Below are positions 36,766-48,925 of a stretch of DNA of 64,000 nucleotides, one piece after another. Position numbers and translations under genes: made by a program. How positions within the stretch are numbered: the first letter of the stretch is position 1; each line of letters opens with the position of its first letter. This DNA comes from Octopus sinensis (taxonomy: Eukaryota): positions 4,836,001 through 4,900,000 of the forward strand of contig NC_043017.1 of the NCBI RefSeq assembly GCF_006345805.1. Reading direction: 5' to 3'. The notes under the pieces were generated by a model that was not told the origin of the DNA, did no database searches, and was given only the letters and a program-made list of their open reading frames with translations.

Positions 36766-37360
36766 GGAGGCGCAATGGCCCAGTGGTTAGGGAAGCGGAC
36801 TCGTGGTCGTAGGATCGCGGTTTCGATTCCCAGACCGGGCGTTGTGAGTGTTTATTGAGCGAAAACACCTAAAGCTCCACGAGGTTCCGGTAGGATGGTG
36901 GTCTCTCACTCTTTCTTCTGTAGGCCTGCTCGCTTAGCCAGCGGGGTGGCGTCATTTGAAGGCTAAAACAATGCGAAGTGCATTGTGACCAGCGATGTGT
37001 AACAACATCTGATAGCCTGGTCGGTCACGGTGATCACGATGATATATAATATATCGAGACTATTGGCATTATGCTGTGCTTGAGAAGGAGACCCATCAAG
37101 CTAAGCAAAATCGCAGTCATGCAAGATACCAGTGTCACACAGATTGGTAGCCATGCCCGTGTCATGCAAATGGCACTCACGCTGGTGGCACATAAAAGCA
37201 CCCAACCATCAGAGTGGTTGGGATTAGGAAGGGCTTCCAGCTGTAGAAAACCATGGCAAATCAGACTGGAGCCTAGTGCAGCTTTCCAGCATGCCAGCTC
37301 TGCCAAACCATCCAACCCATGCCAGCATGGACAATGGATGTTAAATGATGATGATGATGG
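36766..37360 (+). mobile_element. Family C head with an alternative 3' body (36766-37040) and an RTE 3' UTR/tail (37060-37360)
   Basis: Head identical to 15133 but diverges after about 140 nt; RTE tail motif present. Confidence 0.75.
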
Positions 37361-37629
37361 TGATATATCCTTTTATTAAAGCTGGAAATTTTTTGCAAAA
37401 CTGTTACTCATTTTCACACACTTATTGCAGTGGTCCTTCAGTTTTTCTAAGCCCTGTAAAAGAAATCAGAAGGCTGGGCCTCTGACCAGGCCTTTATTAG
37501 CAATACTCTTAAAGCCAGGAACATTTCAGCAACCTCTCGTGTGTATATATATATGAGAGAGGTACAGTCATGGCTGTATGGTAAGGACAGGTATAATATT
37601 TACCCTTGGATCTTTAAATACACCTGTCT

Positions 37630-37750
37630 GTATGTGTGTGTGATAAAAAACAAAAGACGAAGACAGGTGGTGTATAACGGGAATTGAAAAAGTCTTTTAC
37701 GTTTCGAGCCTATGCTCTTCTACAGAAAGGGACACAGAAAAAAAACAAGA
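37630..37750 (-). mobile_element. Short element (family K) with a hammerhead-architecture motif at 37694-37729
   Basis: Minus strand CTTT-CTGTAGA-A-GAGC-ATAG-GCTC-GAA-ACGT-A-AAAG. Other copies at 30560-30620 (-) and 54895-55075 (+). Confidence 0.65.
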
Positions 37751-37929
37751 GGATATGAAGAATTTTCATCAAGATGAGTCAAGCTAATGAGTATGCTCGA
37801 ATAGGTGTGCCACCAAAATTCCACTTAGAACAGCAGTTGAAGTTGTGTGATTGTCTTGCTCAAAAAATGGCTAATGGTGGCTTCCCTTTGAGCCTGCCTC
37901 GACTAACTGTTTATCTTTCCTCATTACTT

Positions 37930-37968
<39 letters not shown>

Positions 37969-38624
37969 CCAGGTGTTGAAACCATAGTGATATATGTTTG
38001 GCTGATTATGCTTGTTTGTGAATTTTTATATTTTAGTTGTCCTTTAGTGAAAATTTTTTGTAGATTTACCATTTGTGGAGATTACTTACATCGATATTGG
38101 TCGTTTTTCTTCATGTTTAATCTTATTAAGCTGAGATAACATTCTCTAGTTTTGGGGAGGTTCTGAGATAAATTTATCACAAACACACACACACGTATAA
38201 CACACATTGACACATATACAGAGAGAGAGAAAGAGATAGAGGTGTTTGTATATAGTTGCATATGTACACTTGTATCTTTGAATATACTTGTATATGTGTT
38301 ATGGTGTGGGTACAAACGTCTGGTGTACAATGGTATTACAGAAATGTATAGTTGGTTGTAGTTATCTAAAAATAACCTACCACAAAAATATACCTTAACA
38401 CAGAATGCGCTCCATACTGCTCAGACATAGGTATGAGACTCAGTACTCACTGTTCAACTACCGACTGTTAAACCAACACACGTCAAAGTAATATGGTAAA
38501 CCAACACAGTCAAACTAACACCGTCAACTACGCTTGTTGACAGTCCACTCAGTTTTTATTTATTGTAATTGGTTAGGCCACGTTTAGTCACATGGGGGTG
38601 TTCAGTATTCTCCTATAACAATGT

Positions 38625-38874
38625 ATGTAGGTGTGGCTGTGTGGTAAGAAGCTTGCTTCCCAACTATATGGTTCTGGGTTCATTCCCACTGCATGGCACC
38701 TTGGACAAGTGTCTTCTACTATAGCTGTGGGCTGACTAAAGACTTATAAGTGGATTTGGTAGATAGAAACTGAAAGAAGCCCATTGTGTATATATGTATG
38801 TATATATATGTAAATATATGTGTATGTATGTATATATATGTAAATATATGTGTATGTATGTATATATATGTAAA

Positions 38875-38919
<45 letters not shown>

Positions 38920-39365
38920 ATATATATATATTTTTGTGTCTGTGTTTGCCCCCCTCCATTGCTTGACAACCAGGCTACTTACCACACAGCCACATAGTCC
39001 CTGTAACTTAGTGGTTTGGCAAAAGAGACTGATAAAATAAGTACTAGGTTTACAAAGAATAAGTCCTGGGGTCTTAAGTTACAGGATCATAAACACACCA
39101 GCATCTGTTGTCAAGCGATGGTGGGGTGGGAACCAGCATGGACACACAAACATGTACACATACACACATATATGTATGTATGTGTGTATGTATGTATGTA
39201 TGTGTATATTTAATTTCATGGATATGTGTTTGTGTATATTTGCGCATGTACACTGACGTCTAAATATAGCATCACTGGTGTAATTCTCAGACTTACCAGC
39301 TTCATCCAACCCATGCCAGCATGGAAAGCAGATGTTAAATGATGATGATGATGATGATGATGATG
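38625..39365. mobile_element. Family A SINE (+, 38625-39075) plus further SINE A and RTE-tail fragments
   Basis: Identity to the other copies. Confidence 0.8.
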
Positions 39366-39559
39366 CATATCTCACTGTGTGTGTGTGTGTGTGTTTCTAT
39401 GAAGGAACACTCTTTGAAATACATTTTAAATTCTAATTCAATGCGTAAAATGATATCAAGGATTTGCAAAACAGTTGCAAAGGTTACGAGGGCAGTGGGG
39501 GGGTGAGAGGATGGCAGCGTGAGTGGTATAGTTCCTGCTGTTATTGATTATGTTGGTGA

Positions 39560-40080
39560 TGCTGTTTGTAGTGGTGGTGGTGGTGGTGCTAATGGTAGCG
39601 ATGGTGTTGTAGATATGGCAACAGTTGTAGTGGTGGTGGTGGTGGTACTATAGTAATTTTCGCAATGGTTGTAGTGGTGGTATGTAGGAGGTGTGTGATT
39701 ACAGTGGTGATTGTTGTGGTCTTGTTACTATGGTGACAGTGGTATTTTCAGTGGTGGTAGTACAAATGGTAGTGATGGTGTTGTAGTTACTGTAACAGTA
39801 GTTGCGGTGGTGGTGGTAGTGTTGTAATTTTCACAATGGTTATTGCAGTGGTATGTGGAAGGAGTGTCATTACAGTGGTGATTGAAATGGTCTTGTTACC
39901 TTGGTGACTGTGGTATTTTCAGTGGTGGTAGTACAAATGGTAGTGATGATGTAGTTACTGTAGTTGTGGTGGTGGTGGTAGTGTTGTAATTTTCACAATG
40001 GTTATTGCAGTGGTATGTGGAAGGAGTGTCATTACAGTGGTGATTGAAATGGTCTTGTTACCATGGTGATAGTGGTAGTG
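39560..40080. repeat. Three tandem ~170-bp units built on a (GGT/GTA)n background
   Basis: AATGGTAG(T/C)GATG recurs at about 39592, 39766 and 39935; TAATTTTC.CAATGGTT and CAGTGGTGATTG...GGTCTTGTTAC recur at the same spacing. Confidence 0.8.
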
Positions 40081-40179
40081 GTGTTGGTGGTGGTAATCAC
40101 ATACAGTAAAGAAAAGGTGGTGAGGCATACCATGGAGAAGATGATCAGAACTGAACTGTTGCTGATGGAGAGAGATTCA

Positions 40180-40460
40180 GCATTGAACCGGGTTGTAACA
40201 ACTTGAACTGAGCAGGATGGGTTACTCGACCAGAAGAAAATCCTAACTGGGCCCCACCTGCAAGGTCATATGCAGTTTATTTTGATATGAGATCACCATG
40301 TCGCACACACATGGTTGTGATGCATGTGCTTGGTGTACCCTTATCAGACGGGTAGTCATGATGGGTATACTGGGCTTCGTATATTTTACCCCAGTGTCAC
40401 TTCGATGGTATGCACTGCTCTCTCACTGAATAATAATAATAATATAATAATAATAATAAT
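40180..40460 (+). mobile_element. 3' part of unclassified repeat family F ending in (AAT)n
   Basis: Reverse complement of 59228-59480. Confidence 0.8.
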
Positions 40461-40743
40461 AATAATAAATAATAATAATAATAATAATATGGCACGTAAA
40501 AAGCACCAACCGATTGTGGCTGCTGCCAGCTTCCTCTGGCACCTGTGCCAGTGGCACATAAAAAGCACCCGCTACACTCACGGAGTGGTTGGCATTAGGA
40601 AGGGCATCCAGCTGTAGAAGCACTGCCAGATCAGACTGGAGCCTGGTGCAGCCTCCTGGTTTCCCAGACCCCGGTCGAACCATCCAACCTATGCTAGCAT
40701 GGAAAACAGACGTTAAACGATGAATAATAATAATAATAATAAT

Positions 40744-41112
40744 AACAAGAGCATTGAGAAAGCGCAAACTTCCGCCAAGGCAACACCAATGGTCCTCTCA
40801 ATGGTTAGCTGGTGATGATTTTTAAAATGAGAATATCTGAAATAAACTTGACTGCTCTGAGAAATGAGAATACTAAAAATGGATCTGACCGCTCTCAAAT
40901 ATTAAGTAAAAAAACACAGGAAAACTAATCCAGAATCATTGTTTGGTACTGGATTGGTCCCAAAATGTAATCAGTTTGTGCCAGTCATAAGGCTAAACAT
41001 CCGTAGAAGTTTTATCCAAATCCATCCAGTAGTTTTTGAGATATCTTGTCCACAGACAAATAAACAAGCATGACTGAAAACAATACCTCCGCCTTCGCTA
41101 AGGCAGAAGTAA
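40744..41112. mobile_element. Helentron/HINE-like non-autonomous element
   Basis: Left subterminal AAACTTCCGCCAAGG and right-end hairpin ACCTCCGCC-TTCGCTAA-GGCAGAAGT, inserted in (AAT)n. Classification is inferred. Confidence 0.55.
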
Positions 41113-41117
41113 TAATA

Positions 41118-41156
<39 letters not shown>

Positions 41157-41184
41157 GTTATAATTATAACGATGATAATTAAAA

Positions 41185-41360
41185 TGATGATTTCTTTATT
41201 TGCCACAAGGGCAACAATGAGGAGACATTACAAGGGAAAAAATTATCAACATGAAGGAGGTAAACATAGAATTGAATTTGCGAAAACAGGGATGGGAGAT
41301 AATGATGGCACTTAAAAAGGAAAGACCCCCAAAACCTAAAGAAACAGCACGAACACCAAC
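41185..41360 (-). mobile_element. 3' UTR fragment of an L1/Tx1-like LINE
   Basis: Terminal GCCCTTGTGGCAAATAAAGAAAT at 41190-41212 matches the 11115-11139 terminus. Confidence 0.6.
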
Positions 41361-42083
41361 AAGGATGATGATACTGATGATGATGATGATGATATAGTAC
41401 TACTAATAATAATGCTAATAAAATACCATTAACAACAACAACAACAACAACAATCCTTACTGTGTAGATTTTCACTAAAATTTTAGTTTTTCTTCTCTGA
41501 TCTCTTTGAACTTAGACCTCTAAAACCATTCGTTGTTGCTGTTGGCAATGTGGCAACTTTGCTTTGATTCCTTCTTCCATTCTTTTCTCTTTGATTTCTT
41601 CAGTCATTCTTCTTTGATCCTTTCGAAATTCTTATCCAAAAACTTTCTTCATCTCTTCAGTTATTTCTTCCTTCTTGCTCCAAGCTATTTCTTCACTTCA
41701 GCATCTTTTGCCATCTTCTGTTGTCTTTTCATTCATTGTAAACAGAAATGGAGACATTTCCAGTTTTCGGTAAGTTTCGTTCTGAAGTTTTTATCTGTTA
41801 TGTCAGAAGTTCAAGTCCTGCCTACTCGTTAGTAATTCAGTTAATTATTTGCAATTTAGTAATTATTAGCAATTTACTAATTTCAATCAATTTTCTGCCA
41901 ATTATCTTGCCACCAGCCATGCACAAAGAAAGGGTAAACTGTCTCGTGCGTATTTGTTGTGTGACCCCTAATCATCCCCATTTCAGCAGAACTTGACCCC
42001 TAATTATTTATATAGCCCTAGGTGCAACCTAAGGCATATGGCTGAATGAAAAAATACAATCTTTAGCATCAGTACATATTATA

Positions 42084-42960
42084 CAGTGGTTCTCTACTTG
42101 GGTTCTTATGATCCCTGAGAATTCATAAAAGATTTTTGTGGGTCCATGCAAGCAGAATAGTAAATGGGAGAACCATGGTAATATTTTAGGGAGTTCATGA
42201 AAAAATTTTGCTTCAGATGTATGTACTGGTATATATTGCAAGAAACAGCTTGGATTCTGTCTCTCACATTTTACATAGTTCAGCTTACATAAGTTAATGT
42301 GTGGAAAACAAATTAGGGATTTTGAAAGAAGTGTCTATAAAACTATTGGGTTGTCCGGAAAGTTCGTGCCAATTTTTAAAGGAAAGAAAAAGGTCAATAA
42401 ATACTTGCCATTACATTTTTAATCAACCAAATATGAACCGTTTTGTTGCACAATGCATCTCCATATTCCCTTTAACTTGAAAATATCCTCTTCCCAGAAT
42501 TGAGGTGGTTTCATGGCAAAGAATTCATCAAGGTATCTTTTTACGTTATCTGAGGAATTGAAATTTTTACCATTAAAACTATTCTGCAGAGACCTGAATA
42601 AATGGAAATCCGAAGGAGCAATATCTGGTGAATATGGAGTGTGGGGTAACACATCCCAGCCGAGCTGCAGCAATTTTTGCCTGGTTCCCAAAGCATCAAG
42701 TGCCGAAAATGAACTTTCTTATCTTCCATTTTAAAGGGTTACAGAATTAACACAGGTTATAGAAACATAAATCTTCTTCCACGAAAAGATAGCTTAAACT
42801 GTGCTCTAAATGGAGGTGTAGTCAAATCCTATTTTATGGAGTCAACCATGTTCTAAAATAAGTCGAAAGGTAAGCTACTATAAATCGGCACGAACTTTCC
42901 AGACAACCCAATAGTTGTTAAAAGGTTCTTCTCTTAGAACAAAATTAAAAAAACAAAAAT
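42084..42960. mobile_element. hAT-like MITE (starts CAGTGGTTCTC) interrupted by a mariner element
   Basis: CAGTGGTTCTC terminal motif typical of hAT TIRs; related ends near 27927 and 60790-60805. Confidence 0.55.
42346..42911 (-). mobile_element. Internally deleted mariner element with both TIRs and TA target duplication
   Basis: TA|TTGGGTTGTCCGGAAAGTTCGTGCC ... GGCACGAACTTTCCAGACAACCCAA|TA. The transposase N-terminus MEDKKVHFRHLMLWE is fused to the C-terminus LGWDVLPHTPYSPDIAPSDFHLFRSLQN (YSPDL motif). Confidence 0.93.
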
Positions 42961-42964
42961 ATAT

Positions 42965-43380
42965 ATTTAAAAGTAAGGGTAAAGGTCCCCTTCGGTCATG
43001 AACAACCATGGGATTTGACCTAGAAAGTTCCTTTCCTAGGTACAAGTCCAGGCAAGGTTGTTTATGGAAGGCCAACAGTCGCCCATGCATATCAGCCTCT
43101 TCTTCCCACATCACCAAGGGAAAGGCAAAAATGGCCGATAAAGCTTGGCACCTGTGACGTCGCAACTCGTTTCTACTGCTGAGAGAACTAGAGCAGCGTG
43201 TACCTGTAATTAAATGGGCCGACTTTGTTACCTTCTGTATCACGCTGAGTCTCCTTGCGAACTACATTAAGGGTACACGTGTCTCTGGAGTACTCAGCCA
43301 CTTTCAGGTTGATTTCACGAGCAGGCTGTTGCGTTGATCGGATCAGCTGGGACCCTCGTCGTCGCAACCGACGGAGTGCA
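42965..43380. mobile_element. 3' part of a family D1 SINE (-) abutting the 3' half of a family C SINE (+)
   Basis: Identity to 51560-51740 and 15340-15513. Confidence 0.8.
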
Positions 43381-44563
43381 GTTTGTGTCTGTATATACAT
43401 GTGTATGCGTTTATGTATACGTGCGTGTGTGTGTTTGTGTGTGTGTACGTATATATACGTACACATACACAGTTGTATGTGTACGTATATATAATTATGT
43501 ATTGTACATGTATGTGTGTGTGTGTGTGATGTATATGTGTGTTGTATGTGTGCATGTGTATAAAATGTGTTGTATGTGTGCGAGTGTGTAAAACTGCGTG
43601 TCTATGTATCCCAACCATGACCGTCCCGTCTTTTATTTAGACACAGTGTGTGTGTGTTATAAAAAAAAAATGACATTTCTGATCATCTTAGCAAACAGGC
43701 CAAACACAGTTACCTCCCTTACACCATATTCGTCGAAGCCTTCCGTTGCCGACCGATTTTTCTCCTGACTGCAACTTCATTTTCATTAAACTTTATTACA
43801 GTCAATTTACCCCCCCCCCTACGAGCACGCGCACGCACAAGCCCACACAACTTGCACTTCAACCCTCCACATCCTCTCTTTCTCCCTTACACACGCGCAC
43901 AAGCACCGACGAAAAGTCATTTGCAGTTTCCGTTTGTTACATTCCATTGACAAGGTTTTAGTGAGTCCGAGGCTGTTGTGAGAGACGCCGCAGGTGCTGT
44001 ATCCCAACCATGACCATCCCGTCCTTTATTTAGACACAGTTTATCTAGAACTACATTATCCTCATTCACTTGGCAATTGTTGCTGTTGTTTAAACTCTGG
44101 GTCGCCACCACCACCACCATCACCACCATCATAACCACCACCACTACCACCACCACCATTATAACCACCACTACCCTCACCACCGTCACCACCACCACCA
44201 CCACTGCCGCCGCCGTCATTTAATGTCCAATTTTTACATGCTTGTTTCTCAAAAAATCATTCTACTATTATGCAAAAGTGTCGTATGTCCAAAACGTTGC
44301 TTTTTCAGAAAACAAAATTCATCATCGTTTTGTCAGTCAAGTAGACTCCGCTAAGAAGAGTTATCTCTCTTTGAGGAATTGGTAGACAGAATCAGAAAGA
44401 CGGTCATCGTGTGTGTGTGTGTGTGTATATATACATTAGCAGAAATTGCGAGGATGATCCGGTTCTTGACTGAAGATTGAAGGCTTCGAATGTCCCGTCC
44501 GTGTTTTTTGTATCGTCTTCTAAATGTTTCGCGTTCTTGTCCCAGTTTGTATTTTTTTACATT

Positions 44564-44610
<47 letters not shown>

Positions 44611-44624
44611 ATGCTAGCATGATC

Positions 44625-45360
44625 TGCTGGATGTGTAATGTCAGTGTGCATACACGACAGAGTGTAAGTGCCCTGAGAGAAATGCTGGACATAAGAAGCA
44701 TCAGATGTGGTGTGCAAGAGAGACATTTGCGCTGGTATGGTCATGTACAATGGATGGATGAGGAGAGATGTGTGAAGAAGTGCCACTCCCAAACAGCTGA
44801 AGGAATCAAGGTAGAGTAATACCCAGGAAGATATGGGATGAGGTGGTGAAGCATGACCTTCGAACGTTGGGTCTCACAGAGGCAATGACGAAAGACCAAG
44901 ACCTCTGGAGATATTCTGTGACTGCGAAGACCCGGCAAATAACGTGAGTTCATGGCTGTTTCCTGCACAAGTTTCACATAGCAGCCCCAGCCCATCCAAA
45001 GTGCCTTGGATCGCAGGATGGCCTGCTGTGCTTACCTTGGATTGTAGGGCGACCTGCTGTGCTTGAGGAGACCTATTGAGTCAAGTACATCAACATCAAA
45101 CAATCCAATGGAAATTGTAGCTGTGATACCTGTGCCGGTGGCAGGTAAAAAGCACCATCAATATATGGGGCCGATGCCAGCGCTGCCTTGACTGACTTCC
45201 ATGCTGGTGGCACGTAAAAAGCACCAACCAATCGTGGCCGTTTCCAACCTCCCCTGGCAACTGTGCCTGTGGCATGTAAAAAGTACCCACTACACTCATG
45301 GAGTGGTCGGCGTTACGGAGGGCATCCAGCTGTAGAAACACTGCCAGATGAGACTGGAGC
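44625..45360 (+). pseudogene. 5'-truncated RTE LINE: ORF2 C-terminus plus 3' UTR
   Basis: RQSVSALREMLDIRSIRCGVQERHLRWYGHVQWMDEERCVKKC.../RPRKIWDEVVKHDLRTLGLTEAMTKDQDLWRY matches the RTE RLRWxGHV...GRPRKxW motif; followed by the family E UTR. Confidence 0.88.
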
Positions 45361-45504
45361 CTGTCTGCCAAACATGATGGGATTGAACCTGGAAATCTTG
45401 TGTCATGAGGTGGTGCTGATAGTAAAGTTGTCATCATCAGCATCATTGTCGTCATCCCCGTCTTCATTGTCATCGTCGTCACCTTCACCGCCACAACTGT
45501 TGTT

Positions 45505-45722
45505 GTTTTAATGTCCACTTTTCCATGACTGCATGGGTCGGATGGAGTTTATCGAGGCAGAGTTTCTGTGTCTGGATGCTCTTCCTGTTGCCAACCCTCA
45601 TATAGAAAATCAGAAATGAACGACACCAGTCCTGTGATGGTGACACTCCTTTACAACTACTGCATGATGTAAAGACATGGAAGCACACACACACACACAC
45701 AAGCACACACACACAAGCACAC

Positions 45723-45756
<34 letters not shown>

Positions 45757-46496
45757 ACACACACACACACACACACACAAGCACACACACACTCACATAC
45801 ACACAAGCACACTCACACACACACACACACCACACACGCACACACACAAGCACTGACTCACACATTCACACATATTCACATGCACTCCTACACATACACT
45901 CCGCCCACACACTCCCCTCCACACACTCCCCTTCACACACACTCCCCCACACACTTCCACACACACACTCACACACTCCCACTCACATTCTTTCACATAT
46001 GCACACACAAACACACACACACACACACACCATTTTAATGTCTTCTCTTCTATGCTTGAGTGGGCCACACAAAATTTGCTGAGAAGGATTTTCTAGGGCT
46101 GGATGCCCCTCCCGTTGCCAACCCTCACCTGTTTCCAAGCAAGGCAATATTTCTCCATGGCCTGACAGGTTTTTCACTGAAGACTAGAAACTAACAATCT
46201 CGTTTCTATGACGACAATACTCATTTACAAACACCACATGATATCTAGACATATACAACAGGCTTCTCTCAGTTTCCCTCTATCAAATCTATTCCTAAGG
46301 CTTTGGTCAGCTGAAAGCCATAACAGAAAATACTTGCCCATGGTGCTGTGCAGTGGAATTGAACCTGGAAACGTGTGGTTGGGAAGCAAGCAATTTTCTT
46401 GACCACACAGTCATACCTTCAAAAACAAAACAAAAAACAAAGACACAACACACACACACACACACACAACACACACACACACACACACACACATAC

Positions 46497-46531
<35 letters not shown>

Positions 46532-46560
46532 CACACACATAATTCATCATCCTTCTGATT
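45505..46560 (-). mobile_element. Two family G fragments, a family A head and long (CA)n tracts
   Basis: Identity to the other copies. Confidence 0.75.
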
Positions 46561-46883
46561 GCAACAGAGTTCGTTTAAAATATGGCATAATTAGCATATT
46601 ATTGACATTAGAATTAGTTGAATTGGCATTAATTAGTCGAGTGACAAGCTGGACCTTAATTATAAAATTATATTCACAGACAATTGGTATATAGAAAACA
46701 GTGGAAATATCAATTTTCTGAGTAACTTTAATGAGATACAGCATTGACCTTTAGCGAGAAATGGTGTGTCTGTCTATTGTACTTTCTCAACGTACTGCAG
46801 TCTGTGCCATAAATATTGTCCTTCTCCAACTCTCTCTCTCTCTCTCTCTCTTTCTATTTCACTATTTACTATTAACTATCAAC

Positions 46884-47051
46884 ATAGGCGTAGGAGTGGC
46901 TGTGTGGTAAGTAGCTTGCTTATGAGCCACATGGTTCCGGGTTCAGTCCCACTGCATGGCACCTTGGGCAAGTGTCTTCTACTATAGCCTCGGGCTGACC
47001 AAAGCCTTGTGAGTGGATTTGGTAGATGGAAACTGAAAGAAGCCCGGTGTA

Positions 47052-47082
<31 letters not shown>

Positions 47083-47301
47083 CAATTTATATAAATAAGG
47101 AAAAGATCGTTAATTTAAAATAAAATAACGAACCTATACATATATATATAAATACAACATACGAATACTTACATTCTATTTGTATTCTCTCCATGTTGCT
47201 ATAGGAAAACTTAAGGTGGTTTTAGAGTCGGATCATGGCTGCTATTTTCAGCATGGTGTTATCTCGTAGATACCCTAATTTATAATTTTAATATATAATA
47301 T

Positions 47302-47352
<51 letters not shown>

Positions 47353-47535
47353 TGTGTGTGTATGTGTTTGTCCCCCCACATCACTTGACAATGATGATGC
47401 TGGTGTGTATATGTCCCCATAACTTAATGGTTTGGCAAAAGAGACTGATAGAATAAGTACTAGGGTTGATTTGCTTGACTAAAGGCGGTGCTCCAGCATG
47501 GCCACAGTCAAATGACTGAAACAAGTAAAAGAGTA
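46884..47535 (+). mobile_element. Family A SINE split by (TA)n and an unclassified insert (5' half 46884-47050, 3' half 47355-47535)
   Basis: Identity to the other copies. Confidence 0.75.
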
Positions 47536-47734
47536 TGAAACACTAACACAACCTATTACTATCATCATCATCATCATCATTATTATTATAACTATTATTA
47601 TTATTATTATTATTATTATTATCATCATCATCATTATTATTATTACTATTATTATTATATTATCATCATCATCTATTATTATTACTATTATTATTATTAT
47701 TATTATTATCATCATTATTATTATTATTTTTATC

Positions 47735-48632
47735 AAGGCAGTGAGCTGGCAGAATCGTTAGCATTGTGGACAAAATTACTTAGCAGTATTTCGTCTGCTG
47801 CTACATTCTGAGTTCAAATTCCACCAAGGTCGACTTTGCCTGACATCCTTTTGGGGTTGATGAATTAAGTACCAGTTACACACAGGGGTCGACGTAATCG
47901 ATTGGTTCCCTCCCATAAAATTTCAGGCCTTGTTTCTATAGTAGGATTATTATTATCGAGGTGGTGAGCTGGCAGAATCGTTAGCAAGCCAGGTGAAATG
48001 CTTAACGGTACTCCACCCATCGCTATGTTCTGAGTTCAAATTCCACCGATGTCAACTTTGTCTTTTATCCTTTCAGGGTCAATAAATTAAGTACCAGTTG
48101 AGCACTGGGGGATGATGTAAACAACTTTAATCCTCCCCCACATATACTGGCTTTGTGCCAAAATTTGAAACTATTATTATTATTACTATTATTATTATTA
48201 TTATTAGAATTATTATTTAAGGCGCTGAGCTGGCAGAAATGTTAGCACGCTGGGTGAAATACTTAGTGGTATTTCATCTGTCTTTATGTTCTGAGTTCAA
48301 ATTCCACCAAGGTCGACTTTGCCTTTCATACTGGGGTCAATGTAATTGATTTAATCCCTTTGTCTGTCCTTGTTTGTCCCCTCTATGTTTAGCCCCTTGT
48401 GGGCAATGAAGAAATAAGAATCGTTAGCATGCCGGGCGAAATGCTTAGTGGTATTTCATCTGCCATTATGTTCTGAGTTCAAATTCCACTAAGGTCGACT
48501 TTGCTTTTCATCCTTTCAGGCTCAATGAAATAAGTACCAGTTACGCACTGGGGTCGATATAACTGACTGGCTCCCTTCCCCACAGAATTTTCAAGGCCTT
48601 GTGCCTAGAGTAGAAATAATAATAATTATCAT

Positions 48633-48664
<32 letters not shown>

Positions 48665-48862
48665 AGGTGGTGAACTGACCGAATCATTAGCACGCTAGGT
48701 AAAATGGTTTGTGGAATTTCGTCCAGTTTTTACATTCTGGGTTCATCCTTTCAGATTTGATAAAATATATACCAGTTAAACTCTGGGGTCAACGTAATCA
48801 ATTTAACCCTGGCCCGGAACTTGCTGACCTTGCACCAAAATTTGAAACCACCACCACCACGA

Positions 48863-48925
<63 letters not shown>

